DNA of 35,572 nucleotides. Origin: Neovahlkampfia damariscottae. Taxonomy: Eukaryota. The stretch lies in contig JABLTG010000185.1 in NCBI GenBank assembly GCA_016618085.1, positions 1 through 35,572 on the forward strand. The letters are read 5' to 3'. The translations under genes and the position numbers were made by a program. The stretch's first letter is position 1, and each line of letters opens with the position of its first letter. The notes below the pieces were generated by a model. That model was not told the origin of the DNA, made no database searches, and saw only the letters and a list, made by a program, of their open reading frames with translations. Below are positions 33,656 through 35,572 of the stretch, in pieces.

Positions 33656-33710
33656 TGGATAAAAAAAAATTAACCAATAACGAATCAATAAGAAATCAAA
33701 CTCCGGAGTG
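33656..33710. promoter_or_regulatory. 55-bp divergent promoter region with a central CCAAT box
   Basis: Lies between ATG 33655 (-) and ATG 33711 (+); CCAAT at 33674-33678. The same motif precedes most genes in the window. Confidence 0.55.
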
Positions 33711-35012
33711 ATGTCAAAAAACATTCTTGTTATCCTTATTTGTTGTTTTGTTTTAACAATTCAAGCTGGAGATGTAAAACAAAACCCAATCGAAAAAATC
33801 CTCAAAATTGCCTGTAACTATTGTGCAAAACGCATGTGCCATGCAGTTTTCGTTCAAGGAAGAAACTATTCAACTAGTAGACCATACATTCCAGAACTTG
33901 GTATTTATCAAAACGTTGTTGATGTAAAAGTCAATTTGGAAGGAAAATTCATTGAATCAAGGGCAAGAGTTGATAAACCAGTAGTTCGTTCTACAGCCCA
34001 TTTTACATCATTAGGATGTATCATAGATAAAGATCCACAATTTAAATATGTACCTCCAACTGAAAAATACAAAGAATCAACTTTAAAAGTCTCAAGAAAT
34101 GTTAAAATTCAAAAATTAATTGATGAACAATTTGCAAGCACTGAAAAAAATACAAGAGCAATTGTTGTTGCTGTAAATGGAACTATTGTTGGTGAAAGAT
34201 ATGCTCCTGAGTTTAAACCAAATATGGTTCAATTAGGTTGGAGTATGACCAAGTCAATTGTTAACACATTATATGGAATGAGAGTTTTGGAAGGAAAAGT
34301 AAAAATTGAAGAAAAAATCAATGCAAAAGAATGGAATAAACCAAATGATCCAAGAAAAGAAATTACAATTGATGACATGTTAAGAATGACAAGTGGTCTT
34401 TATTTTTCCGAAGAATATGATAATCCATTAAGTGATGTTGTTCAAATGTTATATTACAAAAGAAATTATGCATCTTTTTCTGCCAACAAACCATTACTTC
34501 ATAAACCAAAAACAAAATTTTATTATTCAAGTGGTACTTCTAATATTCTTTCAAGAAGATTGAGAGAAACATTTTCATCTGATCAAGAATATTGGAATTA
34601 TCCAAAAAAATTATTTCAAAAATTAGGAATGTCATCAAATTCTATTATTGAAACTGATGCTGTTGGTGATTTTGTTGGTTCAAGTTATGCATTCTTGACA
34701 CCAAGAGATTGGTTAAAATATGGAATGTTGTATCTTCAAAATGGAATTTGGAATGGTGAAAGAATTTTACCTGAGTCATGGGTAAAATATACAATTGCAT
34801 CAACTCCTTCAAGTAATGGTAGATATGGTGCTCATTGGTGGTTATCAGGAAAAGAAATATTTCAAGCACAAGGTCATGAAGGTCAGGTTGTGGCTGTTCA
34901 TCCAAAATCAAAAACTGTCATCGTCAGATTAGGTTTTTCTCAATCAAATTGGGGTGGTTCAGCATTTATTAGAAATGTGATTAATGCAGCACAACAAAAC
35001 CAAAAAAACTGA
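33711..35012 (+). CDS. Secreted serine hydrolase, beta-lactamase class C/penicillin-binding-protein-like family
   Basis: Signal peptide, SxxK (WSMTKS), LRMTSGL, YxS (FYYSSG), PRDWLKYGMLYLQNG and AQGHEGQ. Intronless. Confidence 0.88.
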   Translation: MSKNILVILICCFVLTIQAGDVKQNPIEKILKIACNYCAKRMCHAVFVQGRNYSTSRPYIPELGIYQNVVDVKVNLEGKFIESRARVDKPVVRSTAHFTSLGCIIDKDPQFKYVPPTEKYKESTLKVSRNVKIQKLIDEQFASTEKNTRAIVVAVNGTIVGERYAPEFKPNMVQLGWSMTKSIVNTLYGMRVLEGKVKIEEKINAKEWNKPNDPRKEITIDDMLRMTSGLYFSEEYDNPLSDVVQMLYYKRNYASFSANKPLLHKPKTKFYYSSGTSNILSRRLRETFSSDQEYWNYPKKLFQKLGMSSNSIIETDAVGDFVGSSYAFLTPRDWLKYGMLYLQNGIWNGERILPESWVKYTIASTPSSNGRYGAHWWLSGKEIFQAQGHEGQVVAVHPKSKTVIVRLGFSQSNWGGSAFIRNVINAAQQNQKN

Positions 35013-35031
35013 GTTGATAAATTTTTTGTTC

Positions 35032-35295
35032 TTAAAAAGTTTTTATGTTTTTTAATTCTTCAAGATATTCTTCTGGTAAATACAATATTTTTTTAATGGT
35101 TTTGTAATTCTCTTCTGCTTCTTTTAATAAAACAAATTTTGATTCCAAATCTTGACTAAAATATTTTGGATAAATAAAAGAAGCTCTTAAGTTTTGTAAA
35201 TATTTTTTTCTCATTGTATCAGGAACTTTCATCCTTAATTTGTAGTATTTTTTATAAATTGAAATTGCTTTTTTTTGAAATGTTGAAAAATTCAT
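35032..35295 (-). CDS. Small LYR-motif-like (Complex 1 LYR family) protein
   Basis: 87 aa with AISIYKKYYK...YLQNLRASF, resembling the LYR/LYK...R..F pattern. CCAAT at 35314-35318. Confidence 0.5.
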   Translation of the reverse strand: MNFSTFQKKAISIYKKYYKLRMKVPDTMRKKYLQNLRASFIYPKYFSQDLESKFVLLKEAEENYKTIKKILYLPEEYLEELKNIKTF

Positions 35296-35349
35296 CTTTG
35301 TTGAAGAAATTATCCAATAAAAAAAGAGATTTATTCAAACTAAATTTGT

Positions 35350-35571
35350 TTATTCAAAATATTTTTCAAAGTCAGCATAAATAGTGTCAATGTATTTTTG
35401 TCTTCTTAAAATATTTGATAAATATAATTTGATATAAGGTGAATCTGATCTTGTTTTGAGGAATTCTTTAACATCATCATGCATATCTTTTGAATCAAAT
35501 TGTGAAGTGACAAATTGAATAATTCTTGAATCAAGAATTGGTTGTGAATATTTAGCCAAGAATTTATCAAA
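35350..35571 (-). CDS. 3' end of an unidentified gene running off the window
   Basis: The frame is open from the window edge (FDKFLAKYSQPILD...) to TAA at 35350. Confidence 0.55.
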   Translation of the reverse strand, partial: FDKFLAKYSQPILDSRIIQFVTSQFDSKDMHDDVKEFLKTRSDSPYIKLYLSNILRRQKYIDTIYADFEKYFE

Positions 35572-35572
35572 A

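Overview
Gene-dense, very AT-rich eukaryotic (protist) DNA read in the standard genetic code. I reconstructed 22 tiny GT-AG introns (30-43 nt) by hand, and intergenic gaps are very short. The mix of RGS-domain genes, DUF4116-like repeats and a Fanzor2-type element suggests a heterolobosean (Naegleria-like) amoeboflagellate; this is an inference. The most notable signal is missing from the ORF track. Bases 3-164 encode the C-terminus of a TnpB/Fanzor2-type RNA-guided nuclease (CxxC zinc ribbon followed by RDYNGARNI). It is overlapped and followed by a strongly structured ~100-nt segment (123-222) that looks like its omegaRNA scaffold and transposon right end. Bases 1-4500 are a decay zone with a DUF4116-like pseudogene and a Tc1/IS630-type transposase relic around an intact Myb gene. 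Further on lie a PPR gene, two tandem RGS-TPR paralogs, RNA polymerase III RPC1, an ankyrin pseudogene, a lipase, a pseudokinase-Sel1 gene, a membrane-anchored GH27 alpha-galactosidase, a DOMON-like/7TM/RGS receptor, a TTAA-flanked piggyBac-like MITE, an ATG13-like gene, a VWA protein, a pseudokinase/F-box/multi-TM protein, a bacterial-type serine hydrolase and a LYR-motif protein. All calls come from motif recognition by eye; no database search was run.
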